Notes under the pieces: generated by a model
What the model was told of the DNA's origin: nothing
What the model saw: only the letters and a program-made list of their open reading frames with translations
The model's database searches: none
Part shown: positions 27,387 through 36,995 of the stretch, piece by piece
Layout: every line of letters starts with the position of its first letter
How positions within the stretch are numbered: position 1 is the stretch's first letter
Assembly (NCBI GenBank): GCA_018992685.1
Contig: JACVGT010000007.1
Span: 32,001 to 96,000, forward strand
From: Theionarchaea archaeon
Lineage (GTDB): Archaea; Methanobacteriota_B; Thermococci; Methanofastidiosales; SZ-28-30
DNA length: 64,000 nucleotides
Direction: 5' to 3'
Translations under genes and position numbers: made by a program

Positions 27387-28280
27387 ATGGAAGCGCACCA
27401 GTTGGACATTGTCTATGCATACGTTCAGTATTGCAGCGACACGAAGGAAGTGAGGTACTCAAAATTCCATAAATGGTATAAGCCTTATAACCGTAAACAA
27501 TCTACCTTCAGACTTTTGAATAGGGCAGTTGAGGAAAAGATCATATTTCCACCACGCATTTTCTGCATACAGAAAGTTAAGGTCAACCTGGTAGAACACA
27601 AGGAAGTTCCCCTCGTTGATCAATTCGAGAAGATTAGCAGCCAAGAAGACACGTTCTATGCAGTCCTCTTGCTGGGGGCTCATTCACTTCTGTATTTTTC
27701 GGCAAGTGATACCGGGACCAACTTGACATATTCGAAATGCATCTTTCCGAGCTATCCCCCAAAGAAGGAGATACAGCATATTGATCCGTGCCTTCATGAA
27801 CCCAGAAAGCTACCTTGTATGGCCCCACCTGACTGGTCTTCTTTTGACTGGGAAGTGTTTCAGAAAAGGAGGGATCCCACTGAATCAAGTATCAAGATTG
27901 GAGGGGTGCTTGGAGTTTCCCACAGAAGAGTCCTGAATAGCTATAAAAGAATTCTAGGAGACTGTTCCGTGTGGATTCCTTTCTTTCCAAAGGGCTACGG
28001 GAATTACACACCCTACTTTGTTTCTTTTGAAACGGATTATGAGACTGGGGTTGTTGAGGAACTGAAAAAGATCGACAGATCCAGCTACGTTTACAGAATT
28101 GATGACACAATGCTTCTGAATCTGTTCTTTGAAAGGCGTCTTGAGATTGACAGCATGTTGCAGTTAGAAAAAAAGGGGATAATACACGATCTCCGTGTAT
28201 CCTCCCCAATGTATAGTTTTGAACGATTTCAATCTCAACAAGGCATTCCAGAACCAGGGCCATCTCCAGACAAAGTGTAA
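27387..28280 (+). CDS. Hypothetical protein with Lrp/AsnC-like HTH (putative regulator)
   Basis: DWEVFQKRRDPTESSIKIGGVLGVSHRRVLNSY HTH-like segment; TTTATATA upstream. Confidence 0.5.
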   Translation: MEAHQLDIVYAYVQYCSDTKEVRYSKFHKWYKPYNRKQSTFRLLNRAVEEKIIFPPRIFCIQKVKVNLVEHKEVPLVDQFEKISSQEDTFYAVLLLGAHSLLYFSASDTGTNLTYSKCIFPSYPPKKEIQHIDPCLHEPRKLPCMAPPDWSSFDWEVFQKRRDPTESSIKIGGVLGVSHRRVLNSYKRILGDCSVWIPFFPKGYGNYTPYFVSFETDYETGVVEELKKIDRSSYVYRIDDTMLLNLFFERRLEIDSMLQLEKKGIIHDLRVSSPMYSFERFQSQQGIPEPGPSPDKV

Positions 28281-28964
28281 GGAGCTTTGGTCTTGACAGG
28301 TTCAAATGGCCATCCCTTTAGTCCTTTCGTATCAATCACCTGAGAAAAATTTCATGAAATTAGAATATATGGTTTTCTGGGGGAACATGACATTCAAGAA
28401 TATCTCTAAAGTACGGATTTGATGGATTTCAATCTCTGCATCGCATTTGAGAGCCAGGGCCATTTCCCACCAAGGAGTGAAAACGTGTATTAAATGGGAC
28501 TAGGTGCTCATCTCCTCAGTTCTTTTCTGCAATCTTCTTCCTTTTCTTGGGTTAGGCCGGTAATACTTGGCAATAACCAGAGAATACCATGTACCTTCAC
28601 GAGCGAACATATCGAGCATTCCCTCTACTACCAACAACGGGTGGAACAATTGCAAAGCTGTCTTGGCCCATGCTACGGAATAAGCCTTTTCATGTGTTTT
28701 TAGTTGATTTCGGATCAAGGGAAGCTATCGTGTTCAAGTGATGTAGTTGCAGTATCTTGCTGCTTTTGTCTATGAGTTCAATATTCAGGAAGAGCACATT
28801 CCCTCTCATCAATTAGGAGTTCTTGGCTGCCAAGGAATTTGTGGTATCTGTCGTGGTGGAGAGATGTAGAAAACCTTTTATACTGTTGTGTGCCAGTACA
28901 ATATGTAGTGTAACGTAATGTAACACAACTCCTATCCCTCCCTCGTTTCAGGACTGGTGGAAAA

Positions 28965-29135
28965 ATGGTGAACAATAAGAAACGGATCACTGTCTATTTG
29001 GAAGAGGAACTATACAAAGAGCTTGTGCAGGTTATGGATAAGTTGAGAGAACAGGACAGCATACACTCAAAGTCGGAAAGCGCTTGCGCCAGACACTTGA
29101 TTTCCCTGGGAATTCAAAGATATCTCACAAGCTGA
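28965..29135 (+). CDS. Small ribbon-helix-helix (CopG-like) DNA-binding protein, 56 aa
   Basis: Read manually: MVNNKKRITVYLEEELYKELVQVMDKL...SESACARHLISLGIQRYLTS; beta-strand then two helices; TATA about 28876-28882. Confidence 0.65.
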   Translation: MVNNKKRITVYLEEELYKELVQVMDKLREQDSIHSKSESACARHLISLGIQRYLTS

Positions 29136-29192
29136 AGAAAAGTTTATAAAGTAAACTAAGTGATGGGAATTCACCACATCGGAGGTGAAGTA

Positions 29193-29480
29193 ATGATTCT
29201 GTCAAGTGTGGAGAAGAAGAAGATGAAGGAGGCAATTGATGAACTGAAGGAAAGTATTATGAGAGAGGCAGAGGGGAGAAATGTCGAGATAAGCAAAGAC
29301 TCCTTGTTAGATATTGAAGAAATCGAAGATAGGTTTGATATTGAAGCAAGAAGACCCCGGTTTTCCTTTGACTGGCAGAAAAGCAGAAAAGGCTGGGATA
29401 TCCTAAAAGAGTTTATCCCGAAGGAGGACCTGGCAAAACGAAAGAGAGAGTTGGCGGATTATCTGGATAAGTCACAGTAG
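29193..29480 (+). CDS. Hypothetical charged helical protein
   Basis: Strong RBS GGAGGTGA, TATA TTTATAAA about 29143; no recognisable motif. Confidence 0.65.
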   Translation: MILSSVEKKKMKEAIDELKESIMREAEGRNVEISKDSLLDIEEIEDRFDIEARRPRFSFDWQKSRKGWDILKEFIPKEDLAKRKRELADYLDKSQ

Positions 29481-29495
29481 TGGGGGGCAATATGA

Positions 29496-30079
29496 ATGGT
29501 TCTTTCTGAGAAAGTTGCTGAAACGCTGAAAGAAGTACTGGATTACCCTTTGCAGGTTTCTCAAAATGCATTCGTTTATGCTGAGGCTGTGACAGGTGAA
29601 TTGGTTTACGAAGGCATGGGAGAATTTCGAGATGCTATTACTCATATATCCAGAGCACTCTGGATAGCTGATGAAGAGGAGGCACTAAGAAATCTGGATG
29701 AGGCATTGAACACATCCGGAGAGCAGGTGTTGAAAGCATTGAGTGGGCAGCCGCAAGACAGTTCGAATATGTCAAGAGGATAATTCAGACACCTTCCTTC
29801 ATTTTCAGATTGATATTCTTCAAGAGAAAGAGTGAGGTACTCGAGATTGAGCGCCAAATCAGGAGACTACTCTTAGAGGGAAGAGAAAAGAAATCTAGGA
29901 AAGACAAATGGGTTGAGGCAATTCTTGATTACAAGAAAGCCATTGAAAAAACTGACAAGCTCTATGAGATGTGTCCCTCGAAACTTGAATACCGGTATAG
30001 GATATTCATGGTGGTAACTGGCTTGGCAACACTGGCTGCCCTGGCCATAAATGTCTATCTCCTTTTCGGGACTGTCTAA
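29496..30079 (+). pseudogene. Frameshifted gene for a helical protein with C-terminal TM anchor
   Basis: ORFs 29496-29783 and 29810-30079 join by a frame change near 29706 (GAG GCA TT GAA CAC ATC CGG), giving ...NLDEAxEHIRRAGVESIEWAA...IFRLIFFKRK... Confidence 0.65.
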
Positions 30080-30263
30080 GGGACATTTCTAATCAGTGAT
30101 CAGTGAGTGTAGGAAAATCAGAGACTTGGGATACGAAGAATTATCCCTGCTAGGAGGATAGGAAAATCCGAAATTCGCTTTCTGTTGAGTCAAGAATAAG
30201 AGAGGGTTTAGGCAGAATCATCTATTTCTTTGAGGTCAGTAGCGTTTTCAGCATGGTGACGCC

Positions 30264-31013
30264 TCATTTCAAGTTAACATAATCTACGGTAACAGCAATG
30301 ACCAGTATGGTAAGAACCAGAGAAGATCCCACCAGGAAAATCGCAAAGTGAATAGTCCCGGACACAAGATTTGAAACCAGATACACAGCTGTCAACGATA
30401 TCAACGTTACAAAGGCCAGAAGCAGTGATTCTCTCAAGTGGTTCAACACAATTCCAATGCTCAACCCGATGGCGGTGACAGAATCCAGCCCATCCACCAC
30501 AATGGCAGGAAGCATATACAGAAACAAGATCCCCAGCATGAACCCCAGCAGCACAACAAAGGCATAAAATAATGCAGACACAAGCCCTGGTTCTGATATC
30601 ATCTGAGTGACAGCCAGGATTCCTCCAACGATCAATATTCCGGAGATTACCCCTGCAATGAAGAAGGCCACGATGATAGAGAATATGTGACTCTCTATCT
30701 CCCGGATTCCCTTTCCAATGGACGATTCGCCAGTAGCTATTCCCACCTTGGTCATGCCGCAGATGACTGCAGCCCCACACACAACAATCAGGAAGATGAC
30801 AGCACATAGGACGAGCAGCTGGCTGAATCGTTCTCCCAATAAGTCTGGAATCGTCTCCACGAGTTCTGAAATCGACGAAAAGCTTCCAAAGGCTGATGAA
30901 AAGATGTACAAGCTGAACCCTATCACAGATAGAGCAGGAACAATAAGAGATGGCTGATTCTTCAAACTGTCAAGTGACAGGTAGAGTACATCCAGAAGTC
31001 CCAGCCGTCTCAT
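30264..31013 (-). CDS. Uncharacterised multi-pass membrane protein
   Basis: About 6 TM helices; LPAIVVDG..S..AI..S motif. Confidence 0.7.
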   Translation of the reverse strand: MRRLGLLDVLYLSLDSLKNQPSLIVPALSVIGFSLYIFSSAFGSFSSISELVETIPDLLGERFSQLLVLCAVIFLIVVCGAAVICGMTKVGIATGESSIGKGIREIESHIFSIIVAFFIAGVISGILIVGGILAVTQMISEPGLVSALFYAFVVLLGFMLGILFLYMLPAIVVDGLDSVTAIGLSIGIVLNHLRESLLLAFVTLISLTAVYLVSNLVSGTIHFAIFLVGSSLVLTILVIAVTVDYVNLK

Positions 31014-31235
31014 AGACTGAAGGTATTCACTAAGAATAAATAGGTTTCCCCTGCTGTACACCCTCTCCTTTACCGTTTCGCATGCTCCCTCTCAGGCTGT
31101 TCTTGATAATCCTTCGTTGATCTTCATCACGTTCCTGTCAGGTGATTTCACGTCCTGCTTGGTGATAGTTTCTACCCCACTCTGGAAGACCAAACCTTTT
31201 TATGGAAAATTCCGACAGGAGTATCAGGTGATCAA

Positions 31236-32012
31236 ATGGATTTTAAGCAGATACTTGTGGAGAAAAAAGGTCCAATTGGTGTCATTACAGTGAATAGACC
31301 TGATAAACTGAATGCTCTTAACACAGAAGTTGTCTCAGAGATCAGATCGGGATTTGAAATTCTCGATACTGATTCTGAGGTGAGAGTTGTCGTAATTACT
31401 GGGAAAGGTGATAAAGCCTTTATTGCAGGGGCTGACATCTCTGAAATGCAGAACATCAGACCGTTGGAAGCTATGGCCTTTGCACAGCATGGCCAAGCTA
31501 CTCTGAGGGCCATGGAGAAAAGCGATAAAGTCGTCATTGCGGCGATAAACGGGTATGCCCTTGGTGGAGGACTTGAGCTTGCCATGGCATGTGACTTTCG
31601 TATTGCTTCTGACACGGCAAAAGTGGGGCAGCCTGAAATCAAGATCGGAGTGATCCCTGGATGGGGAGGGACTCAGAGGCTGGCCCGCCTGGTGGGCAAG
31701 ACCAAGGCTAAAGAATTGGTGCTGACAGGGAAGATGATGTCTGCAGAGGAAGCAGAACGCATTGGACTGCTTACCATGGTGGTCCCACTTGACACATTGA
31801 TGGAAACGGTCATGAAAGTAGCTCACTCTCTTGCTGAACTGGGAAAGTTCTCTCTTGGAGCGGCAAAGCACGCCATTGATGATGGGTGTGAAGTTGACTT
31901 TGAAAAGGCGCAGGAGATTGAACGGCAGTTCTTTGCTCTGTGTTTTGCACACCCTGATCAGAAGGAAGGAATGACTGCATTCTTAGAGAAGCGAACTCCT
32001 AGATTCTCCTGA
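31236..32012 (+). CDS. Enoyl-CoA hydratase (crotonase family)
   Basis: NRPDKLNALN, AFIAGADI, GYALGGGLE, PEIKIGVIPGWGGTQRL. Confidence 0.93.
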   Translation: MDFKQILVEKKGPIGVITVNRPDKLNALNTEVVSEIRSGFEILDTDSEVRVVVITGKGDKAFIAGADISEMQNIRPLEAMAFAQHGQATLRAMEKSDKVVIAAINGYALGGGLELAMACDFRIASDTAKVGQPEIKIGVIPGWGGTQRLARLVGKTKAKELVLTGKMMSAEEAERIGLLTMVVPLDTLMETVMKVAHSLAELGKFSLGAAKHAIDDGCEVDFEKAQEIERQFFALCFAHPDQKEGMTAFLEKRTPRFS

Positions 32013-32087
32013 GACAGATACGGTTGCGAAGTCAAAATCAGAGATTACCGGTGAAAAGCTTTTTAAGGTGCACTCTAATTGGGGATC

Positions 32088-32531
32088 ATGACTACTGTTT
32101 ATGATGTTAATGCCTATGATCTGCTGGCCAGACTCACAGAGGAACTCAAAGATGTAGGGGATATTAAGCCTCCTGACTGGTCGAAGTACGTGAAAACGGG
32201 GACTCACAAAGAGCGCCCCCCTGTACAGGAGGACTGGTGGTACATCAGGGCTGCATCGTTACTGCGCCGGCTGTACATTGATGGTCCAGTGGGTGTGGAA
32301 AGACTGCGGAGGCATTATGGAGGAAAGAAAGACCGTGGACACAAGCCAGAGAAATTTGGAAAAGCGAGCGGTGCGATTATCAGAAGGCTGCTCCAGCAGA
32401 TGGAAAAAGCTGGATTTGTGGAGCCTGTACCCAAGGGAAGGAAGTTAACTCCAAAGGGTGTATCATATATGGATCGGTTGGCATACGAGGTGAAGCTGGC
32501 GGCCGGAGTGGGAGAACTGGAACAGTACTGA
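32088..32531 (+). CDS. rps19e: 30S ribosomal protein S19e
   Basis: VKTG.HKERPP, WWYIRAASLLR, GPVGV. Confidence 0.97.
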   Translation: MTTVYDVNAYDLLARLTEELKDVGDIKPPDWSKYVKTGTHKERPPVQEDWWYIRAASLLRRLYIDGPVGVERLRRHYGGKKDRGHKPEKFGKASGAIIRRLLQQMEKAGFVEPVPKGRKLTPKGVSYMDRLAYEVKLAAGVGELEQY

Positions 32532-32539
32532 GGGATACT

Positions 32540-32854
32540 ATGGAAGATATAGAAGATGTCAGAAGAAAGAAATTAGAGGAATTAAAAAGACAGCAAGATG
32601 AAGAGCAAGAAATGATCCAGCAGGAAATACAGAAACAGGCAGTACTGAAACAGATTCTTGATGTAAATGCAAGAGAACGGTTGACCCGCATCAAGATGGC
32701 CAACCCCCCGTATGGAGATCAAATAGAAGCTGTCTTATTTCAGCTGTTGCAGGCTGGTAGGATAAAGAATCGCTTGACAGAAGAACAGTTCAAGCAACTG
32801 ATCCATCAGGTTTTCGGCAGCAGAAAGAAAGACTTTCACATTGAGAGGCGATAG
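32540..32854 (+). CDS. PDCD5/TFAR19-like DNA-binding protein
   Basis: [11 protein letters not shown] motif; conserved position after rps19e. Confidence 0.92.
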   Translation: MEDIEDVRRKKLEELKRQQDEEQEMIQQEIQKQAVLKQILDVNARERLTRIKMANPPYGDQIEAVLFQLLQAGRIKNRLTEEQFKQLIHQVFGSRKKDFHIERR

Positions 32855-32855
32855 C

Positions 32856-33011
32856 ATGTCACGGTATAAGAGCTTGGCCAAGAAATTGAGGCTGGGAAAA
32901 GCACAAAAGCAGAACAGGAGAGTGCCTGTCTGGGTGTGGATGAAAACCCAGCTGCATGTCAGGACCCACCCCAGGAGACGGCACTGGAGAAGAACAAACT
33001 TGCAGAAGTGA
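32856..33011 (+). CDS. rpl39e: 50S ribosomal protein L39e
   Basis: Read manually: [27 protein letters not shown]...[14 protein letters not shown]. Confidence 0.96.
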   Translation: MSRYKSLAKKLRLGKAQKQNRRVPVWVWMKTQLHVRTHPRRRHWRRTNLQK

Positions 33012-33015
33012 GAAC

Positions 33016-33282
33016 ATGGAAGAAGGAGAAGAACGAGTATATGTGGTCCCTCTGAGGAGTGCCAAGCATGTCCCCCGCAACAGGAGGGTTCCCCGCGCAG
33101 TGCATGAATTGCGTTCCTTTCTCATGCGTCACACCAAAACAGAGAGTGTAGTTATTGGTCAGAAATTGAATGAGGAGTTGTGGTCCAGGGGAATCCAGAA
33201 GCCCCCACCAAGGGTGCGGGTACGAGCAACAAAGCATATAGAAGAAGACCACGAGTTTGTGGTGGCTGAACTGGCAGAGTAA
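33016..33282 (+). CDS. rpl31e: 50S ribosomal protein L31e
   Basis: ERVYVVPL, LNEELWSRGIQKPP; operon position. Confidence 0.95.
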   Translation: MEEGEERVYVVPLRSAKHVPRNRRVPRAVHELRSFLMRHTKTESVVIGQKLNEELWSRGIQKPPPRVRVRATKHIEEDHEFVVAELAE

Positions 33283-33283
33283 T

Positions 33284-33928
33284 ATGATCTCCAAACTGGA
33301 CTTTGAAGGGATTTCCTTCATTGGTGTGTATGGATTGTGCACAGATACAATTACTCTCATACGACCCGACCTGGGAAAGAAGCTATCCACTGTGGAGCGA
33401 GTGCTGAATACGCCTGTCCTTGAGACTACTATTGGAAGATCATATCTGATAGGCGTTTTTGCCACTGGGAATTCCACCTGTCTGGTGGTACCCTATTTCG
33501 CAGAACCCACTGAGGTAGAATCGGTGGAGGCGCACGTGACCTGTGCCGTATATCCTGAAAAGTTTACTGCACTGGGGAACCTGGTGCTGGCAAATGACAA
33601 GGCCTGCATTGTGAGCCCAGTTCTGGATGCGGAATTCTTCCAGGATGCCCTGGGAACTGAAGTAGTCAGAGCGCAGCTTGGCGAGTTTCTGACTGTGGGC
33701 AGTGTTGGCGTGGTAACCAACAAGGCGGGAGTTCTCCACCCCCAACTGTCTGATGAAGACATAGAATTTGTGGAGGACGTGTTGCAGATTTCCTGTGAAC
33801 GGGCCACTGCCAACAGAGGTGTTGGATATCTCAGGCTGTGCCTGCTGGCCAACACGAAGGGTATTCTAGCAGGAAGGGAAACTACAGGACCTGAACTGGT
33901 CCGAATAGAAGATATTCTGGAGGGTTAA
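33284..33928 (+). CDS. eif6: Translation initiation factor 6 (aIF6)
   Basis: IGVY, ALGNLVLAND, TANRG, TTGPELVRIE. Confidence 0.94.
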   Translation: MISKLDFEGISFIGVYGLCTDTITLIRPDLGKKLSTVERVLNTPVLETTIGRSYLIGVFATGNSTCLVVPYFAEPTEVESVEAHVTCAVYPEKFTALGNLVLANDKACIVSPVLDAEFFQDALGTEVVRAQLGEFLTVGSVGVVTNKAGVLHPQLSDEDIEFVEDVLQISCERATANRGVGYLRLCLLANTKGILAGRETTGPELVRIEDILEG

Positions 33929-33929
33929 A

Positions 33930-34241
33930 ATGTCTGAAAAGTCTGAATCTAAGAGTACATCAAAATCGGAAAAACCTGAAAAATCAAAAGTATCAAAAAA
34001 GCCAAAAGACACGGGAAAGGCGAAGCAGAGGAAATCACCTGCAGGAAGAAAGGAGAAAAAAATGAAGACTTTCACTGTTACAGGCGAATTTGTCATGGGC
34101 GACTCACTGCAGAAATTCCAGAAAGACATAGTCGCCCGGGGTGAGAAACGGGCTCGAGAGAAAATATTTCAGGATTTGGGATCCAAACACAGAGTGAGGC
34201 GTTCTCAGGTGTTAATTGATGCAGTGGAGGAAGCGAAATGA
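33930..34241 (+). CDS. rpl18a: 50S ribosomal protein L18Ae (LX), possibly with Lys/Ser-rich N-terminal extension
   Basis: MKTFTVTG...FQKDI...GSKHRVRR; alternative start at 34062. Confidence 0.9.
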   Translation: MSEKSESKSTSKSEKPEKSKVSKKPKDTGKAKQRKSPAGRKEKKMKTFTVTGEFVMGDSLQKFQKDIVARGEKRAREKIFQDLGSKHRVRRSQVLIDAVEEAK

Positions 34242-34681
34242 CGGATGAAAAGAGGGGAGTAACCCTGCAAGAGATAAACGAACAGGAATTGGCTCTTAAT
34301 ATCCAGGTTCTCCAAGAGCAGGGGAGAATACTGGCGTCTAATGTGGAGCGATTGTCAATGTACTTGCAGGAGCTTGCTGCCTCCAGAGCCACATTGGAAG
34401 GAATGCAAAGCCTGAAAAAAGGAGATGAGATTCTGGTGCCCATCGGAGCCTCCAGTTTCATCAGGGCGCGGATTGATGACATAGAAAAGGTCATTGTGGG
34501 TGTTGGCTCCAACGTGTCCATGGACAAGACGCTGGGTGATGCAGCAGCCAGCATGCAGGAAAGAATGAATCTGGTGGAATCAAAGATCAAGGAGAGCCAG
34601 GACGCCTACATAAAAGTGGCTCAGAAACTGGACGTTTTCACGGCAGAGGCGCAGAGGCGCGTGCAGTCCATCTCACAGTAG
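34238..34681 (+). CDS. pfdA: Prefoldin alpha subunit
   Basis: EILVPIGASSFI, VIVGVGSNV; coiled coils; operon position. Confidence 0.93.
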   Translation: MTDEKRGVTLQEINEQELALNIQVLQEQGRILASNVERLSMYLQELAASRATLEGMQSLKKGDEILVPIGASSFIRARIDDIEKVIVGVGSNVSMDKTLGDAAASMQERMNLVESKIKESQDAYIKVAQKLDVFTAEAQRRVQSISQ

Positions 34682-34759
34682 TACTGGTGCTCTACATAAG
34701 CGTTCAGAGAACACCAACCTAATCCAAGAATCAGCTAAAGATTGTCTTGAAGTGAATCT

Positions 34760-35644
34760 ATGTTTGACATTTTGAAGAAAAAACTGGATACCTTTGTCCA
34801 GAAAACTATTTCCGATAAGGATCTGGACAGTATATTGTGGGAGTTGGAAGTCTCACTCCTTGAAAGTGACGTTTCCATGAAAGCTTCTGAGAAGATGGTT
34901 GAGACCTTACGATCAGAACTCGTGGGATCAAAGGTAGGGCTAACAGAAAGGAAAAAGAATATTATCCAGGATGCTTTGAAAGATGCAGTCTTACAGGTTC
35001 TTGATGTAGATTCTGTTGATCTGGAAGCCCTAATCAGGGAAAAAAATCGCGAAGATGGTCCTCTGATTGTACTGTTTGTAGGGTTTAATGGCACAGGGAA
35101 AACGACCACTATTGCAAAGCTTGCCCACATCCTCAAGCAGAAGTTTACTGTGGTCATTGCGGCTTCAGACACCTTCAGGGCAGGATCACAAGAACAGCTG
35201 GAAAAACATGCAGAAAGAATCGGGGTCAGGGTGATCAAACATGGATATGGTGCAGATCCTGCAGCCGTGGCATTTGATGCAATTAAACATGCCAGGGCAA
35301 AAGATGTGGATGTGGTGCTGATCGACACAGCAGGGAGAGCAGAAACAAACAAGAACCTCATGGAACAGATGAAGAAGATCAAACGGGTGACAAACCCTGA
35401 TCTGACCATTTTTGTGGGTGACGCCCTGGCTGGGAACGCCGCAGTAGAGCAGGCGGAGAAGTTCGGGGAAGTGGGCATTGATGCATCCATACTCACAAAG
35501 ATCGATGCAGACGCCCGGGGTGGGGCAGCTCTCTCCATCAGCTGTGTTACAGGAAGACCTATAATCTATGTGGGAAATGGACAGGAATATACTGATTTGC
35601 AGCCTTTTAACTCAGAATGGCTGCTGGAAAAACTAGTTTCATAG
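34760..35644 (+). CDS. ftsY: SRP receptor FtsY
   Basis: GFNGTGKTTT, DTFRAG, DTAGR, TKID, RGGAALS. Confidence 0.95.
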   Translation: MFDILKKKLDTFVQKTISDKDLDSILWELEVSLLESDVSMKASEKMVETLRSELVGSKVGLTERKKNIIQDALKDAVLQVLDVDSVDLEALIREKNREDGPLIVLFVGFNGTGKTTTIAKLAHILKQKFTVVIAASDTFRAGSQEQLEKHAERIGVRVIKHGYGADPAAVAFDAIKHARAKDVDVVLIDTAGRAETNKNLMEQMKKIKRVTNPDLTIFVGDALAGNAAVEQAEKFGEVGIDASILTKIDADARGGAALSISCVTGRPIIYVGNGQEYTDLQPFNSEWLLEKLVS

Positions 35645-35796
35645 GCAGGAAAACTCGGTACATTGAGGTGGGGTTCATGATGCGAGAAAGATTTGGGAGG
35701 GAGGGATTGCAATCTCCTTGAATTTTGATCGAGTAAACAAAGCACAAAGTATAAATACGTGGGGTTTGAAAAAGCCATATACCCGAGGTGTGCTTC

Positions 35797-36972
35797 ATGG
35801 ATTTCCCTGATGGAGAAATTCTACAGCGGCTGGATGCAAGAGAACTGGATTTGGCAGAAATAATAAAGTCCCTTCAGGACAGGGAATTTACCGGAGTTCT
35901 AAAGTACTTTGGCGAGAAACTGGGCAACATTCTCTTCATTCGAGGGGAGATAGTTGCCATGACCTATGGGAATCTGGCTGGAGATCAGGTGGGAGATGTC
36001 CTCCTTGAGGAGACCACCAAAGGAGGAAGAGCAGAGATTCACCAGCTTCCTTCTCAGACTGCGCGATCTGCGCTCCGGTATTATATTGACGTTCTAGGAT
36101 ACCCCATTGCAATCTGGAAGCTAGAAGATGCCCGACGGGAAGTCATGAGGCGGGCGGGGATCAATGAGCCTGATGTGGCCACCCTAGAGCAGATGCTGGA
36201 ATCAGAGGGAGTGGCACACCTGCTCAAGAGACCTGCGCCTGAGATCATTGCAGCCAAGAAAGAGGTTACCTGCGGATGGGATGCTGTGGGGCTGATGGAC
36301 CAGTACCCTGTTCCCTCTAATACTCACATGAACATTCTGGTCATGGGAGGGCCGAACCCGTACAAGCAGTTATGGTGCCAGCAATTCATCTACGGAGAGC
36401 TGGTAAAGGGGTTGGGAGCTGTCTATTTCAACTTCAATACCACCCCGGATGACATTCGGATGAACTTGGTGCGGCTGGGAATGGACATTGAAAAATTCGA
36501 AGAAGAAGGCAAGTTCTTTTTTGTGGACTGTTTCCCCTGGAGATTGAAGAAGTCTCCGGAGAAGTTTCATTCAGCCATTGATAAGTCATCACTCCTGGAT
36601 TTTGGACTCGCACTATCTGAGGCTTCAAAAGAGATAGATGCTCCTTCCAGTGTGGTGGTATTTGACTCTCTGAGCAATTTGATGATTTACTTTGACCCAG
36701 ATCAGGTCATCAAGTTCGCTGTCAATCAGGGCTCAAAACTGAAGGAGATGGAATGGACTGGACTGTACATTGTGGAAGAAGGGGTGAATGATACCAAGAT
36801 TGAGAATTCACTGAGGTTCCTGCTAGACGGCGTATTTGTTATCGAGACTACAAGGAAGAAGTACCTGGGTGAGTTCAAGATTGAATGGATCCGGGGTATC
36901 GTGGACAAACCCACTGCTTACTACTTTGACGTTTCCAAGAAAGGACTGGGTCTTATTCCCAAGAAAGGGTGA
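35797..36972 (+). CDS. DUF2226-like N-terminal domain fused to a KaiC/RAD55-like ATPase domain
   Basis: LQDREFTGVL...GNILF..GEIV N-domain; QFIY, FFFVDC, VVFDSLS, LDGVFVI; degenerate Walker A. Confidence 0.7.
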   Translation: MDFPDGEILQRLDARELDLAEIIKSLQDREFTGVLKYFGEKLGNILFIRGEIVAMTYGNLAGDQVGDVLLEETTKGGRAEIHQLPSQTARSALRYYIDVLGYPIAIWKLEDARREVMRRAGINEPDVATLEQMLESEGVAHLLKRPAPEIIAAKKEVTCGWDAVGLMDQYPVPSNTHMNILVMGGPNPYKQLWCQQFIYGELVKGLGAVYFNFNTTPDDIRMNLVRLGMDIEKFEEEGKFFFVDCFPWRLKKSPEKFHSAIDKSSLLDFGLALSEASKEIDAPSSVVVFDSLSNLMIYFDPDQVIKFAVNQGSKLKEMEWTGLYIVEEGVNDTKIENSLRFLLDGVFVIETTRKKYLGEFKIEWIRGIVDKPTAYYFDVSKKGLGLIPKKG

Positions 36973-36995
36973 GCCTTTTCTCTTGCTCAGTTCTG

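Noticed and set aside
28300-28860. Short ORFs as a possible integrase or transposase remnant
   Set aside because: No catalytic motifs, terminal repeats or adjacent tRNA recognised
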